A stretch of DNA of 64,000 bases from the human T2T-CHM13v2.0 reference genome, Homo sapiens: the NCBI RefSeq assembly GCF_009914755.1, contig NC_060925.1; one strand, 5' to 3'. The notes beneath the pieces are model-generated. The model saw only the letters and a program-made list of their open reading frames with translations. It did no database searches and was not told where the DNA came from. The translations under genes were made by a program, and so were the position numbers. Shown in pieces: positions 24,633-47,815 of this stretch. Each line of letters opens with the position of its first letter. The stretch's first letter is position 1.

Positions 24633-26769
24633 CCATTTTAGTTTTTAACATAATCAGCCTCTCAGCAGCATTTGACCTGGTTGACTTAATTCCCACCTCA
24701 AAACACTGTTAAATTTCTGGCTGCCTTGAGACCCCACTCTTCTGGCTCCCCTCCTCCTCTGGCCTTCTCATCCCCTTTGCCTGCTCCTTTTCCTCTGGAC
24801 ATGTCTACCTATTGGGGTCCTTTATGTCCATGGAAGAGTTAGGTTTTGAACTCAGCTGGATCTGAGTTCTATCTATCCCCATAGCTTTTCACACACTCAG
24901 TACCTCCAGCTCAGACTGTCCTCCAAGTCTGGCTCGTCTGACACCTGGCTGCCTACTGTCTCATGGCCACTAACTTAGCAGGCTAGAAGCTGAACTAATT
25001 ATCTTCCCTCACAAGGCTGCTTCCTCCCCAGTCTTCCCTACCCTACTGATGGTGCTACCATCTGCTCCCTTGCTCAGGCCGGGGATTCTTAACTCTCCCT
25101 TCCCGCTCATTAGGTCCTGTTGATTTGACCACCAACATTAAGTCTCAAACATGACTGTTACTCACTCTTCTGTGGCTCTACCCTTAGCAAGCCTGTACTA
25201 CTGCAGTCGCCTCCTTATTGATCTCCCTGTTTCTATTTTTCCCTCTTTTCAATCCATATCTGCATAGCTAAAATCCTTCAAAGTTTTCCTGTGGCCTTAG
25301 AATAAAATAAAGCTCAAGCTCTTCACCTGGTGCCTGGCTGTCTCTGCAGTGCCACCTTCTACCACCCACTCTCTTCCTCAACTCTAGCTCCACTGGCCTT
25401 TGTTGGTTCTTTAAATACAACAAGCTCTTTCCTGCCTTTGGCCTTCACACATGTGATTCCTCTGCTCCATGGGCATTTTCCTGCACTCTTTGCTTGGTTA
25501 ATTCCTATTTCTTCTTCAGGCCTCTGCTGAGGTGTCCTTTTCTCAGACTTTCTAGAACCGCTAAGTTTAAAGTGGTAGCCCTTACTCCATGGGTGTCTCT
25601 CATAGTTTGCTGTTCTGCCCTTCCATCATGCCTGCAATCGGTCGTTTATACTTATCTGCTTACTTGTTTGGTGTGCCCCTTCCCTGCTAGACTGTAAACT
25701 CAGGGTCTGTTATACCACTTTATACCTAGCAGAATACATGGTTCATAGAAGGTGCTCAAACAAGATTTGATGCGTCAATGACTGAAGATAGGAAGTAAGC
25801 GCTCGGTGGATGGTGATGGCTGTTAGGGGAGTCAGGGTCAGCAGGGAAGATAACATTGGGTCTAGAGTAGGTGGGGGCTCCTATGAGGGGGTGGGGCCGG
25901 GCTCTGAAGAATGAGCAGGATTTGGGTGGGGGTTAGAGAGAGGAGAGGTCATTCTCCTCTGCAGAATCAGAAGGTGAAGTATGGTTGAAGATAAGCCTAT
26001 AAATAGGCAGATAAACTTGTGCCTTGCCTGTTTCAGAACTTCAGGCAAGTAGAAACTTGTCTTCTCCTCCCATCCCCTACCATATTATCCATAGTTTCCA
26101 CCCCTCACCCTCACCTGGGGCTGTGCATATGTGTGGCAACCTCAAGGAAGCTGCCAGCCTGATCTTACCGGTAACACTGGGTGTGTTTGAAGTAAATGCT
26201 GGGGAGATGGTATCAAGGGAAGCAGCCCACTGTGGGCACACTCAGAAAGTATGAGTGAGGGGAGGAGGTGTAGCATGGGGAGAAGAGGCCTGGGGTAGCC
26301 CCTGGACAGAAGCCCGCTCCTTTCTGCTCTCTGAGGTGTCCACTGATTCAGCCTGTTGGCCTGGCCAGAACCTGCCCTCTTCATGCCTCGGTTTCCCTGG
26401 CTGAGAATAGGGAAGCAATGCCCTGCTCCTCCCTTCCAGAGGGCTTGGGGTTGGGTCATTCTGGGTGAGCCTTCCTGCCCTGGGAGCCTTTGCTGGCCAT
26501 CTTCCCCCATGCCTGAGTCCTTGGCACAGCCTGGCAGGGCTCTTTCTAGAGAAGGGTAGGAGGAACTGGGCCCAGTGGACAGCAGGAACCTGGGTGGAGA
26601 TATTCTCAGGCTATGGCTGGGCTCATTTGAGCCTCCTGTGGCTGTTGTGTGCAGATGGTCTTCCTCTGCCCTGACCCCACAGGGAGCTCGAGCCGCCTCT
26701 AACTAGCTTCTTCCTCTCACCAGGAGCGTCGCTGGATTTTCTCTGAGACAAGCCCACCCGTCCAGCAAA

Positions 26770-26913
26770 ATAGAGTCCCTCAGGGTGACAGTTGACTTCC
26801 TGAAGGTGCCTCTTGGCCTAAAGAAGCCGGTGCTGAAGGAGGTGGCTGTGGGGCCCCCCAAGAGGCCCCAGCCTGCGGCCCTGGAGCGCTACAAGGCGCG
26901 GCGTTCAGACGCC
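26770..26913 (+). CDS. VANGL2: 48-codon non-AUG (AUA) N-terminal extension of VANGL2 (long isoform)
   Basis: aaaATAg at 26770 (A at -3, G at +4), in frame with ATG 26914 and with no stop: (M)ESLRVTVDFLKVPLGLKKPVLKEVAVGPPKRPQPAALERYKARRSDA. Confidence 0.8.
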
Positions 26914-36455
<9,542 letters not shown>

Positions 36456-37755
36456 CTGTGCAACAGCAGGGGGAGTGGGAAACTCTGGGGGGTCCTGAGG
36501 GGGTGGGAGGGGGCTTGGTTCTCAGGCCCAGCCACATTCCTGCCACCCTTCTTCTTCTTGCTCTTTTTTTTTTACTTGAATTAACGCACCCCCACCTTCT
36601 CTCCTCGCTTCTTCCTTATTTTACCCCATGTGAACCTGGAGAGACCATCCTGCTGTCAACAGTACCTGGGAAGGACTCCCACCTCACCAACAACTTTTGT
36701 ATTACTCTAGGCCCTGCAGGAATCAGTGCCTCTCTCCCTCTTCTTTCCCTAGTCTTTTCCCAGATTACAGTCTCTCCTGAAAGGGCACAGGGCCCTGCTG
36801 ATTGTACTTTCCCCTCCTGAGCCCCGACTCACAAATCCAAGTTCTTAAAACATTTCTCTTCAGTGGCCCAACAGGGTTTCTCTGGGGCACATGGACATGA
36901 CTCCAGAGAGCCACAGTGCCAAACTCCTCCAGGGCAGCAACTGGCCCTCCTGTCCCTCACCCCAGCCACAACAAACCCTGGGTTCTAGGGCAGGGATACT
37001 CCTGCCACACAGCCCGAGTTAGAAATCTCCTTGCTAGGAGCATTTGCTTCCACATATATTTAGAGCAAAGAAGGATCCCATCCTTTTCCCAGAAATCTCC
37101 ACCTAATGTTTTTGGTTTGTATGGTCACGTGACCATAGGCAACCACGTGGAAACCCTCTGTGACCACTTTTCCAGGGACTTAGGGGAAGGTACCTTTCTT
37201 CCAATGTGTCTTCCTAGGCAGCCCCTGAGGAGGAGGGCTGAATAGATCCCTGAGGTTTTGGAGAGACCCCCATCACTGACTCCTGCTCCCTAACCCTACC
37301 CTCACTTTCGTCCCCGCTCTTCCCAGTGAAGGATGGTATGTAGACTCCTGTACAGACATAGTGGCTTGCAGACCCTGACCCAGCCCCTGTGGTCTTAGAC
37401 AAATGTTTTTATTTTTGTCACCAGCCACCCCTGTCCTGCCGCCTTCTCTCGACTCCAGAGACCTGTTGCCTCATCTCTTTTGGGGAAGAGCCGGCAGCTC
37501 CTCCTCATCCCCTGCCTTAAGTCCAGTTCTTTGCCTCAGGGGTCTCGTTTCCTTGGCCTTCCAGGGTCCCCACCCCTTTTCTCCCTGCCTGATTCTCTGA
37601 GCTCTGGGCTCCGTCTGTATTGGGTTGAGGGGCAAGGATTACTGCCTTTTGTAGGTACTTCACCCCTCACCCCATTTTAGCTTCCATAGTCTTTGCACCA
37701 AATCCAAATTCTTGATAATTTAGATCTCATTTTGAGCAAAATTTGCTGGCCCTCT

Positions 37756-37761
37756 AATAAA
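37756..37761 (+). terminator. Candidate proximal poly(A) signal AATAAA
   Basis: Canonical hexamer inside an AT-rich patch of the 3'UTR. Confidence 0.4.
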
Positions 37762-38629
37762 TATTTTCAATATAAATCTGAGCCTTTGACTCAGACATTT
37801 TTGCCAAGGAGAGTAGAATTAGGAAGTACCCATATACATCCAGCCAGGATCCACATGGAGGACCTTTCTGATGGCTGCAATGACTAGGCCATTCCTCTGA
37901 GTAACTCACAGTGTCCTTTTGTAGGCCCTTCTTTTCCCTGAAAGACTGGTTGGTACTTACCTTGCAGAGCACATCCTGGGATAAGATCCCCAGTGTCTCC
38001 CCTGGGAGGCTCCCCCTCTGTGTAGCACCAGCCCTGGGAATGATGGAGCCTAGTGATCGGGGTTTCTCCTGCTGTCCTTTCTGCAAAAGTTCACTTGTTT
38101 ACCCACCGCATGCTAGAGAGGAGCTCATTGGCCAATGCTTACCTTGTCCCCAAAGGGGTGGGTTGTGGAGCTCACTTAGGCAGGGCCTCTGGCTGGGGCC
38201 AGGGTTATGAGATAGGCCTGTATGAAATATGTCCTGTTCTGGGGGTCTGTCTCTTTTCTTCTCTTCAAAAACTTTGTGTCAGAGAGTCCCTTCTGAGTCA
38301 CATAAATACCTCACTATCCTGGAAAACAGGGCCTGGATGGTGACTGGGGTCATTGCCTTTGTGGACAGGATGGAGTGTGGTGTGGTCTGAGGAGCAGGTT
38401 GGGGTGGGGGAGAGGGAAAGGATTTGGGATCTTAGTTGCTGCCCTAGGTTAGGGGCTGGGGAGTGTTTATTTTAAGATCCTGCCATGTTTTTAATCACTG
38501 TGATTTTTTTTTCATTCCCCTTTCCTAAAAAAAATTTTTTTCCTCCAACTCTCTAAGCACTAAGGGCTGTGCCTGAGAATGGTAGCATTTTGGTCTTTTG
38601 CTTCAGAACTGTGGTATCTTTGTCTTTTT

Positions 38630-38632
<3 letters not shown>

Positions 38633-38666
<34 letters not shown>
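38633..38666. repeat. (TTA)n trinucleotide repeat in the 3'UTR
   Basis: Directly visible, ~10 units. Confidence 0.95.
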
Positions 38667-39726
38667 TGTTTTTTAAAATGTCAGGATGAATTGTCAGACA
38701 TATGGCCATGTGTTTGTCCTCTGCTTCTCCCCTGTGGGAAGTTGTCTCCATGCTGTGAACTGCTGTGGGGTGTGCAGCTGACTCAGTCCCTCTGAGCAGT
38801 TTCCCCACTGTGTCTGTCCCATCATGCGCTGGATCTGCTCATTCTCCTGCTGTGGGGGTATGCCCACCTCTTACCCCCTTGACACCATAGGGCTGCTGTG
38901 GCTGGGCCTCACCAGCACTGTCTTTTGTGTGACTCATGGCATCCTCGTTCATCCCCACCGTGCCTAGCAGGCCTTCCTTTTCACCACCTCGGAACGCTTG
39001 CCTTTCCTCCCTCCACAACAGGACGCTGTGCCTCAGTCCTTCACCTACCTCGCCACTCTGCCACTGTCCCCATTGGTCCTTTCTCCTAAACTGGTCTTTG
39101 TGCTCTCTTTGTTTTTTCTTATTTCCCTCTTGTCTCTCATTTTTTCTTCCCATTCCCCTCCCATTTCAGCCCTTAACTTTTCTCTTTCCCATCTCCACTC
39201 AGTATTCCAATGGCAAACCCTGATGATGTAACACCTGCGATGAGACATCGGACTCTCCGGAACTTTCTCATCTGACACGTCTTTTTCCCAGGGTTCGTAC
39301 TTCTCCTCCATTGGTCCCAGGCTAACTCCCCTGTTCCTCTGTGGTGTCTGTCAGTCCGTCTGTCTTCTCTTTCCTCTGCCCTTCCCACAGGGCAGTATCT
39401 GCTGATGGATTCAGTCCTGGTGTGTGATTGTTGTGATTTGTTCTTCCGTGCGCAAAAGGAAGAGGGCTTTTTGAGTCCCTTCCAAGTGAGATTGTAAATG
39501 TAGAATTTTCCACTGTTGGATCTAGATTTTTTTTCCTTTTTTTTGGGGGGGTGGGGTTACAGAGCTGAGACCTTGTGCATGCATGTAGAAAATTGTAAAA
39601 TGTAAATTTTTTTTAATATATAAAAAGCTTGTTTCTACAGTTTGCAGTGGATCTAAACATTACGGCAATTTTAGGATTTTTTTCTTAAACATAGGAACTA
39701 AAACTGTACAAATTTTTTTTATATAA

Positions 39727-39732
39727 AATAAA
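39727..39732 (+). terminator. Distal polyadenylation signal AATAAA
   Basis: Several upstream TGTA elements (39490-39710) and T/GT-rich sequence downstream. Confidence 0.85.
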
Positions 39733-42410
39733 GACATTTGACTTTTGTGGGGGCATTCTGTTGCTTTTCTTTCTTTACAGGAATGGGAGCAAATGAGGGC
39801 CAGGGAATAATGAATATATTCCTTGTTAGGGAGGGAATGGGCAGGAGGGGGCAGTGTGAGCTCATCATTGCTCTGCAGGCCTTCAGGGTGTGTTGGAGAG
39901 AAATGGGAAAATGAAAAAGGAAATTGCTTATTCTGAATCCTGATTCTAAAGAGAGAGAAACAACAATGTGAGGGCTTAACCACTTCCTGGTGTAGTTGTC
40001 AGGATAGAGAAAGAAAGATTACTTCCTGGGTCCACCCTCCTGAGCAAGCTTGTGTCTGTATGGCCTCTAGGGCAGGAGTGGGTTTCTAAAACGTATTTCT
40101 AAAACATAAAGTGCCATAGGAATTTCAGGGGATAGTTGAGATTTCAGTCAGTGGTGACAGCCCATCACAATTCATTGAGACAAGTTTCTGTAGTATATAT
40201 ATTAGTTCTAAATATGTAGAGAGTTCAGTGCTCTGTTGTCACTGTAATGCATGTAATCAGGTACTAAAATCACCCTCAAGAGATTGGGTCCCTTCTCCCA
40301 GTCTTACCTGGGCCTGACCTCTGTGACTTTGGGCAAGATGCTTAGCATGTAAACAGCCTGCTAAGGTTAAAAACAAGCATTTCTGTATGGAGGTGGCCTA
40401 TTCACTAGATTTCCTCCTCCTCTCCCCTGCCTCATACTCTGCCAGGCTCTGGGGATGCAAAGGCAAGAGAGGCTCCATCCTGGAGGATGACCCAGTTTAC
40501 AGGGGTGACAGGCTGGGTGACCCTAGTGCAAGGCTTCATGGCGTGTTCTCAGGCAGAGTGTAGACAAACCCTGGCTGGATTCCAAGGAGCTCGGGGAGTT
40601 TCCTTCAAGAAATCTAGGAAGTTTGTTTAAGACTCAAGATGGGGGAACACACTCACCTTGAGATTACATTTTGTTCATCTAAGTATTCCTAGAATTGAAA
40701 CCAGTTCCTCGCATATAGTTGGTCCTCAATAAAAAATTGTTGCATGAATAATGAACTGAACAACTAACAATACAATAGGGGCTCATGAAAGGGATCATAT
40801 ACTTGCTTCTCCCTTTAAAATTGCACTCCAGTCTTTCTCATGTGAAAACAAACAAAAATACTTCCCTTGAAATTGCATCCCCATTCTCACGGCTCTGTTC
40901 TTTCTGTAACTAGGTTTGTAGAATAGTTTCACTTGCTGTTTCCAGTTCATTTCAGAGTCAACTTGTGACTTACATTGTGACCAAATTTCTACCTTAGCAT
41001 GCCTCTGAAATTATTCTTGTTCTCAACAGCCAAGTATAGTAAACACCTTTTAAGTTTATTCTTTATTTAGTGCCTATGATGTTCCCAGCCTGATACTAAA
41101 GTACTTTCTCTGGTAAAGATACTGGATATGGTCCTGCCCTCACTGAGCTAACCTTGGTGGACCCTTGAGAAGGCTAGTTAACCTCAGGGACCTCCTCTTG
41201 TAATGCTGGCCCCAGGAATTCATAGATTTAAAGCCAGACCTCAATATTTGATTGATAAGATCATATTTTCTCTAGAGGTTTGCTGCAAGCAAAAGTGATA
41301 ATCCTGACCATTTGTCAGGCAGCAAAGGGTATTTGTAACTTTTGTTTGAAAGGATGTGTTTTCCACAGAAGTTCTTCACATAGCACTGAAGTTAGGGACC
41401 CAGCTTGGTGGATTGTCAGGGTCATGCCTGGGACTTCATGACATTATATGTGATTATATGTGATTACATATGCTGCCCATGTGTGATTTTTGTTTTTTAG
41501 CCTTTGCCTTTGAAATACAGCCGAGAGGGGGAACTGGGGGCTGGGGCTCTGGCTGAGGAGACATAAAGATCTTTAGACCAAGGTCTCAGTGATTTGTTAT
41601 TAGTTTTTTATTTTTTAATTTTAATTTTTTTGTTACTATTTTTTTTTGTTTGTTTGGGATAGTTTAATGGCTTCTACAGACTGAAAGTCAGCTTGCTTAA
41701 GGTAACCCTTGGCTTTTTTGTTACTTTAAGCATATGATAGTAATGCTCTTCCAATTGCCAGGAAGGCTGGGGTAGGGGAAAGTCAGCCTTTGGAAAAGCA
41801 CTGCAGCATTAGTGTACACATGGTCATGGAAGATGCTAGAGAGATAATAAAGGACCACCTACATAGTAAATCTTGGAGAATAGTCATCCCTGTCTAGCTC
41901 CCCAGTTTCTTTTCAGGCTGAGAATGGGGTCCATTTCTCTTGGTACAAACGGCAGGGCAGACATGACATCCTACCTGCTCATAACAGTGAATGCCACATT
42001 TGAGTATGTAGAATAGTGGGAGAAGGTACTGGTTTAGAGTTGGGAAACCTGGCCAAGGCATTGGCTTCTCTCATTTCATCTCAGCAAGTTTTGGGGGCAC
42101 ACTTACTGTGTGGTAGGCATTGTGATACAAAGATAAATAAAACATTGGCCCCCTCCCCTTGGAGCTCATGGGACTTTTGCTAGATAAGTTGGGAAATTTT
42201 ATTTTGTCATATGTTGTAGGCAACCCGAGGAAGCACACTATTTTCCTGGAGGTGGTAAATACCATCTGTAAAAGGCAGACTGAAGCCAACAGTGTGTGAG
42301 GGTATTGAGCCTGATATGTAAACTATTTTGATGTCACTTGTCAAAAATAGCCATCTGTACTCTGATATCCTGTAAGGGGAATGACTTTGGTTATAAGGTT
42401 ATAAAAATTA

Positions 42411-42736
<326 letters not shown>

Positions 42737-43091
42737 AAAAATTAGGAGTATGAGATCTTCGGTTGTGTATTGTCCCTTCTTGCTTTTGGGCACAATTAGG
42801 TCATGCTGCTGCTTCACTTAGGGTAAGTATGTGGTTAAAAGTATGTGGTTTTAGGATTTTTTAGGGCAGTGGAACTACTGTGTATGTGCTATAAATGTGG
42901 ATACTTGGCATTATACATTTTTCCAAACCCATAGGATATACAGTACCAGTAGTGAAGCCTAATGTAAATTATAAGCTTTGAGTGATTAATTGGAACAAAT
43001 GTACCACTCTGGTGGGGGATGTAGATAATGGGAGAGTCCATGCAAGTGTGGGGGCAGGGCATGTATAAAAAATCCCTGTACCTTCCACTCA

Positions 43092-43386
<295 letters not shown>

Positions 43387-44188
43387 CTATTTAAAAAAAC
43401 CTGACTAAGAAGACATCAAGCACAACTTTACCTAATTCTAGACACCGCTCTAGTAATAAAAGTGATAGTATTATAGGTACTTGTGATTCAGGGGAAAAAA
43501 ATGCAGGTGTGTGCTGTTTCCCCTGAATCCCTTAACAGTGTCACTATGGAGCTTGGAAATCTGTTAAAGACCACTGAAGAGGAAGCTGAAGCTCTGTTGG
43601 TCCATCAATAATACTGTGACAACCAAAAATTTGCATGAGGGGACTTAAATGAGTCAGGAAACATGTGATTTAACTTAGTGAAGATTTTCACTCCTTTCAA
43701 GTTCCTGTTAATGTTAGTTCTCTTTGACATAAGAATGTGTGATTTTAGGGTGGGGTTGGCTGGGATGGTTTTTACTGTAATAAAGAACACTTGTTGAAGG
43801 ACTTCTTGTCTTCTGTCAGTTTACTTATATCTTAACACAGTACCTCTGGCCTCAAAGATGGAATCCAGTTGAAGTGAAAGCAGATCCAAACTGTATCATC
43901 AGGGAAAGCTGAGCTTGTAGAATTCATTTTCAGTGACTGGTACGAGATTGTGTACTTCTGGTTTGGAGCATATTGAAGAATTCGACCCTGGGCAACCTTT
44001 TTCCTGGAATTGAAATGTTCATCGGGTTTTTACTCTGTCTTGAAATAGGTCCCCAAAATAGAGTTTTTCAAACTTTAATGGTGCGTATAGCAAGTGTACA
44101 AATCACTTGGGGATTATGTGAAATACAGACCCTGATTCAACAGGTCTGGGTAGGGTCTGAGTTTCTTCATTTCAAACAGGTGCCCAGG

Positions 44189-44376
44189 TGTCTTAGTCAG
44201 CTCAGGCTGCTGTAACAAAATACCATAGACTGACTGGGGGTCTTAAAATCCAGAAATTTATTCCTCATAGTTCTTGAGGCTGGAAGTCCGAGATTGGGCT
44301 GGCAAGCATGGTTAGGATCTGATGAGGGATCTCTTCTTGGCTTATAGGATGCTGCTTTCTTGCTGTGCCCTCACAT

Positions 44377-44418
<42 letters not shown>

Positions 44419-44591
44419 GAGAGCGAGGTTTCTTATGTCTCTTCTTATAAGGGCACTAATTCCATCACGAGGGCCCTAGTCTCATAACCTCATCTAAATC
44501 TAATTACCTCCCAAAGGCCGCATTTCCAAATAACATCAAATTGGGGGTTAGGCTTCAACATATGCATTCTGGGGCAACACAGTATAAAGCA
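44189..44591 (-). mobile_element. MLT1A-type solo LTR inserted in MER5A, containing (GA)n at 44380-44423
   Basis: TG...CA ends; 5-bp TSD ccagg (44184-44188, 44592-44596). Confidence 0.85.
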
Positions 44592-45041
44592 CCAGGTGCT
44601 GCTGCTGATGTTCTACAGACCTTATTTTGAGCAGCAAGGCCCTAAAAGAAGCTTAATATACCCCTGAAAATTTGAGGGTCCTAAACACGCCTTACTTAAC
44701 TCTAAGATAATTGATGCAAGAGATCAAAATTGTTAAGAGGTCTAAATTTTATGAATGTAATAAATAGTTTGGTAAGGTCATTGTTGCTCATGCTATAAAA
44801 TTGTGCCACCTGTATCAAATTGTGATTTTATGAGAATCTTAAATGATATGTTGTGAGATAGGCCTTACGTGTGGAGTTTATACAAAAGCAGTTCAGTATG
44901 CAACTTAACTGATCCATGAGACGTTAATAATGACACAAAAAAAGGGCCAAAATGAGATCTTATCACTAAAGGCCATAGAAATTGAAGGAGCAGTTTCCAA
45001 TATAAATTATCTTTGGCTAGAAATTTTTTTGCCAACATGAC

Positions 45042-45908
45042 TGTATTAGTCTATTCTCATGCTGCTATGAAGAAATACCCGAAACTGGTTTAATTGACTC
45101 AGTTTCTCATGGCTGGGGAGGCCTCAGGAAACTTGCAATTCTGGTGGAAGGGGAAGCAAACACATCCTTCTTCACTTTGTGGCAGGAGAGGGAATGAGAG
45201 CCAAAATGCTGCCAGTCTCTTTGCGTTGCAAGAGTGACATTTACTTCAGTTCTTAACAAGTTCCTCATCTCCATTTGAGACCACCTCAGCCTGGACTTCA
45301 TTGTCCATATCACTATCAGCATTTTGGTCAAAGCCATTCAAAAAGTCTCTAGGAACTTCCAACCTTTCCCACATTTTCCTGTCTTCTGAGCCCTCCAAGT
45401 CTCTAGGAAGTTCCAAAGTTTCCTGTCTTCTTCTGAGCCCTCCAAACTGTTTTAACGTGTGCCTGTTACCCAGTTCCAAAGTCACTTCCACATAATTGGA
45501 TATCCTTATAGCAGTACCCCACTCTCTGTTGTACCAATTTACTGTATTAGTCTGTTTTCATGCTGCTATGAAGATATACTCAAGACTGGATAATTTATAA
45601 AGAAAAGAGGTTTAATTGACTCACAGTTCCTCATGACTAGGGAAACCTCAGGAAACTTACAATCATGACAGAAGGCAAAACAGGCATGTCTTACATGGCG
45701 GCAGGTGAGAGAAGTGAGTGCCAACTGAAGGGGGCAGCCCCTTATCAAACCATCAGATCTTGTGAGAACTCACTATCATGAGAACAGCATGAGGGTAACC
45801 ACCCCCACGATTCAATTATCTCCGTCTGGTCTCTCCCATGACACATGAGGATTACGGGAACAAAAATTTAAGATGAGATTTGGGTGGGGACTCAGCCAAA
45901 CCATATCA
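45042..45908 (-). mobile_element. THE1/MST MaLR element, internally deleted (partial LTR, internal segment, full LTR 45543-45908)
   Basis: Two copies of tgtattagtc...catgctgctatgaaga; 5-bp TSD atgac (45037-45041, 45909-45913). Confidence 0.88.
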
Positions 45909-46022
45909 ATGACCAATAGAACAGAGGAAATTCATGAGTTTTACCATATTTAGATAGTTTCAGATAAGGTGACTTAATGTACTTCAATATTTGCATTAAT
46001 TGCTATGGGTATAGAATGAAAG

Positions 46023-46493
46023 TGTGATCCTTGAATATCTGAGACATGTCTCAGTTAATTTAGAAACTTTATTTTTCCAAGGTTGAGGACACATGCCCAT
46101 GACACAGCCTCAGGTCATGATGACCTGTGCCCAAGGTGGTCAGAATACAGTTTGATTTTATACATTTTAGGGAGAGATGAGACATTAGTCAATGTATGTA
46201 AGATGAACATTGGTTTGGTCTGGAAAAGGCAGGACAACTTGAAGCAACGGTGGGGCAACTCGAAGTGAGGAGGGGGGCTTCCAGGTCATAGGTAGATAAG
46301 AGACAAATGGTTGCATTCTGTTGAATTTTTGATTAGCCTCTCCGAAGGAGGCACTCAGATATGCATTTATCTCAGTGAGAAGAGGGGTGACTTTGAATAG
46401 AATGGGAGGCAGGTTTGCCTTAAGCAGTTCCTCGCTTGACTTTTCCATTTAGGTTAGTGATTTTGGGGCCCCAAGATTTATTTTCCTTTCACA
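46023..46493 (-). mobile_element. MER4A-type ERV1 solo LTR
   Basis: Minus strand starts tgtgaaaggaaaataaatcttggggcccc; 4-bp TSD aaag. Confidence 0.85.
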
Positions 46494-47029
46494 AAAGTAA
46501 CACCATATTTCAATAATTGTAGGTAGCATCATATATCAATAATTTAGAAATATGTTCTCAAGTTTCTTTGCCCAAGTGGTGGTCACTGTACAAACTTCAA
46601 GATCTTAACGATCTTGTAGTTAAATGTTGCTGGAAACTGTCTTATCTGTGTTTACTGTTTTTCACTCATTCTGTCATTTAACCAATATTTGTTGAGCACC
46701 TTCTATGTGCCAGGAGCTATGCTAGGTATTGGTGGCATGGCACTGAATAACATGGACATAGTCTTTGTTCTCAGATAGTAATCACTTAATTTCAAAGGTG
46801 ATGAATGTAGTGATGAAGTATAGGGGACTATGGGATCTTACAGTAGGAAACTGACCAAGGTTGTCAGGAAAGGTTTCCTTGAAATAAAGGATGGGGCACA
46901 ACATCTTTTTGACTGGGAAGAGCTTCCTCATTCTCTTCAATAACCAAACTCTATCCAAGAAATTGCTGTCTAAAAATTGAGTGTCAAAGTAATTGGACCT
47001 TGGAAGTTGTCAAAAGATTTCTTGAGAAG

Positions 47030-47815
47030 GCTAGCAAGGATGTATAGCAAGGGGAATGCTTGTACACTGTTGGTGGGAATGTCAATTAGTACAGCCACTA
47101 TGGAGAACAGTATGGAGGTTCCTCAAATAACTAAAAACAGAACTACTATATGATCCAACAATCCCACTGCTGGGTGTACGCCCAAAGAAAGGAAATCAGT
47201 ATTTCGAAGAGATGTCTGCACTCCCATGTTTATGGCAGTACTATTTACCATAACCAAGATATGGAAGCAACCTAAATGTCCATCAATGGAGGAATGCATA
47301 AAGGAAATGTGGTACATATATACAATGGAATTCTGTTATTTGCAACGATATGGATGGAACTGGAGGACATTATATTAAGTAAAATAAGCCAGGCACAAAA
47401 AGACAAACATCACATGTACTCATTCACATATGGGAGCTAAAAAAAATTGAAGTTATGGAGAGAGAGACTAGAATGATGTTTACCAGAAGCTGGGGAGAAT
47501 AGTAGGTACAGGGGGATAAACAGGGAGTGGTTAATGGATATAACAGTACAGTTAAATAGAATGAATAAGTTGTAGTATTTGGTAGCACAATAAGGTGACT
47601 GTAGTTAACAACAATTTATTGTATATTTAAAAATAACTAAAATAGGGGAATTGGAATGTTCTTAACACAAATAAATGATAAATAAATGCTTGAGATGATG
47701 GATACCCCAATTACCCTGATTTGATCATTACATACTATATGTCTGTATCAAAACATCATATGTGCTCTGTAAATATATACAACTATTACGTAGCCATATA
47801 ATTAAAAATAAAAAT
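47030..47815 (+). mobile_element. L1MA 3' end
   Basis: tacactgttggtgggaatgt...gatccaacaatcccact...ttaccctgatttgatcattaca, with A-rich tail. Confidence 0.88.

Larger units (their letters stand above)
36456..39750 (+). other. VANGL2: VANGL2 3'UTR (~3.3 kb)
   Basis: Largely free of interspersed repeats from the stop codon to the distal poly(A) signal. Confidence 0.8.

Noticed and set aside
26785-26787. GTG start chosen by the ORF track
   Set aside because: It lacks G at +4 and lies 15 nt downstream of the better-context ATA at 26770; at most a minor start.
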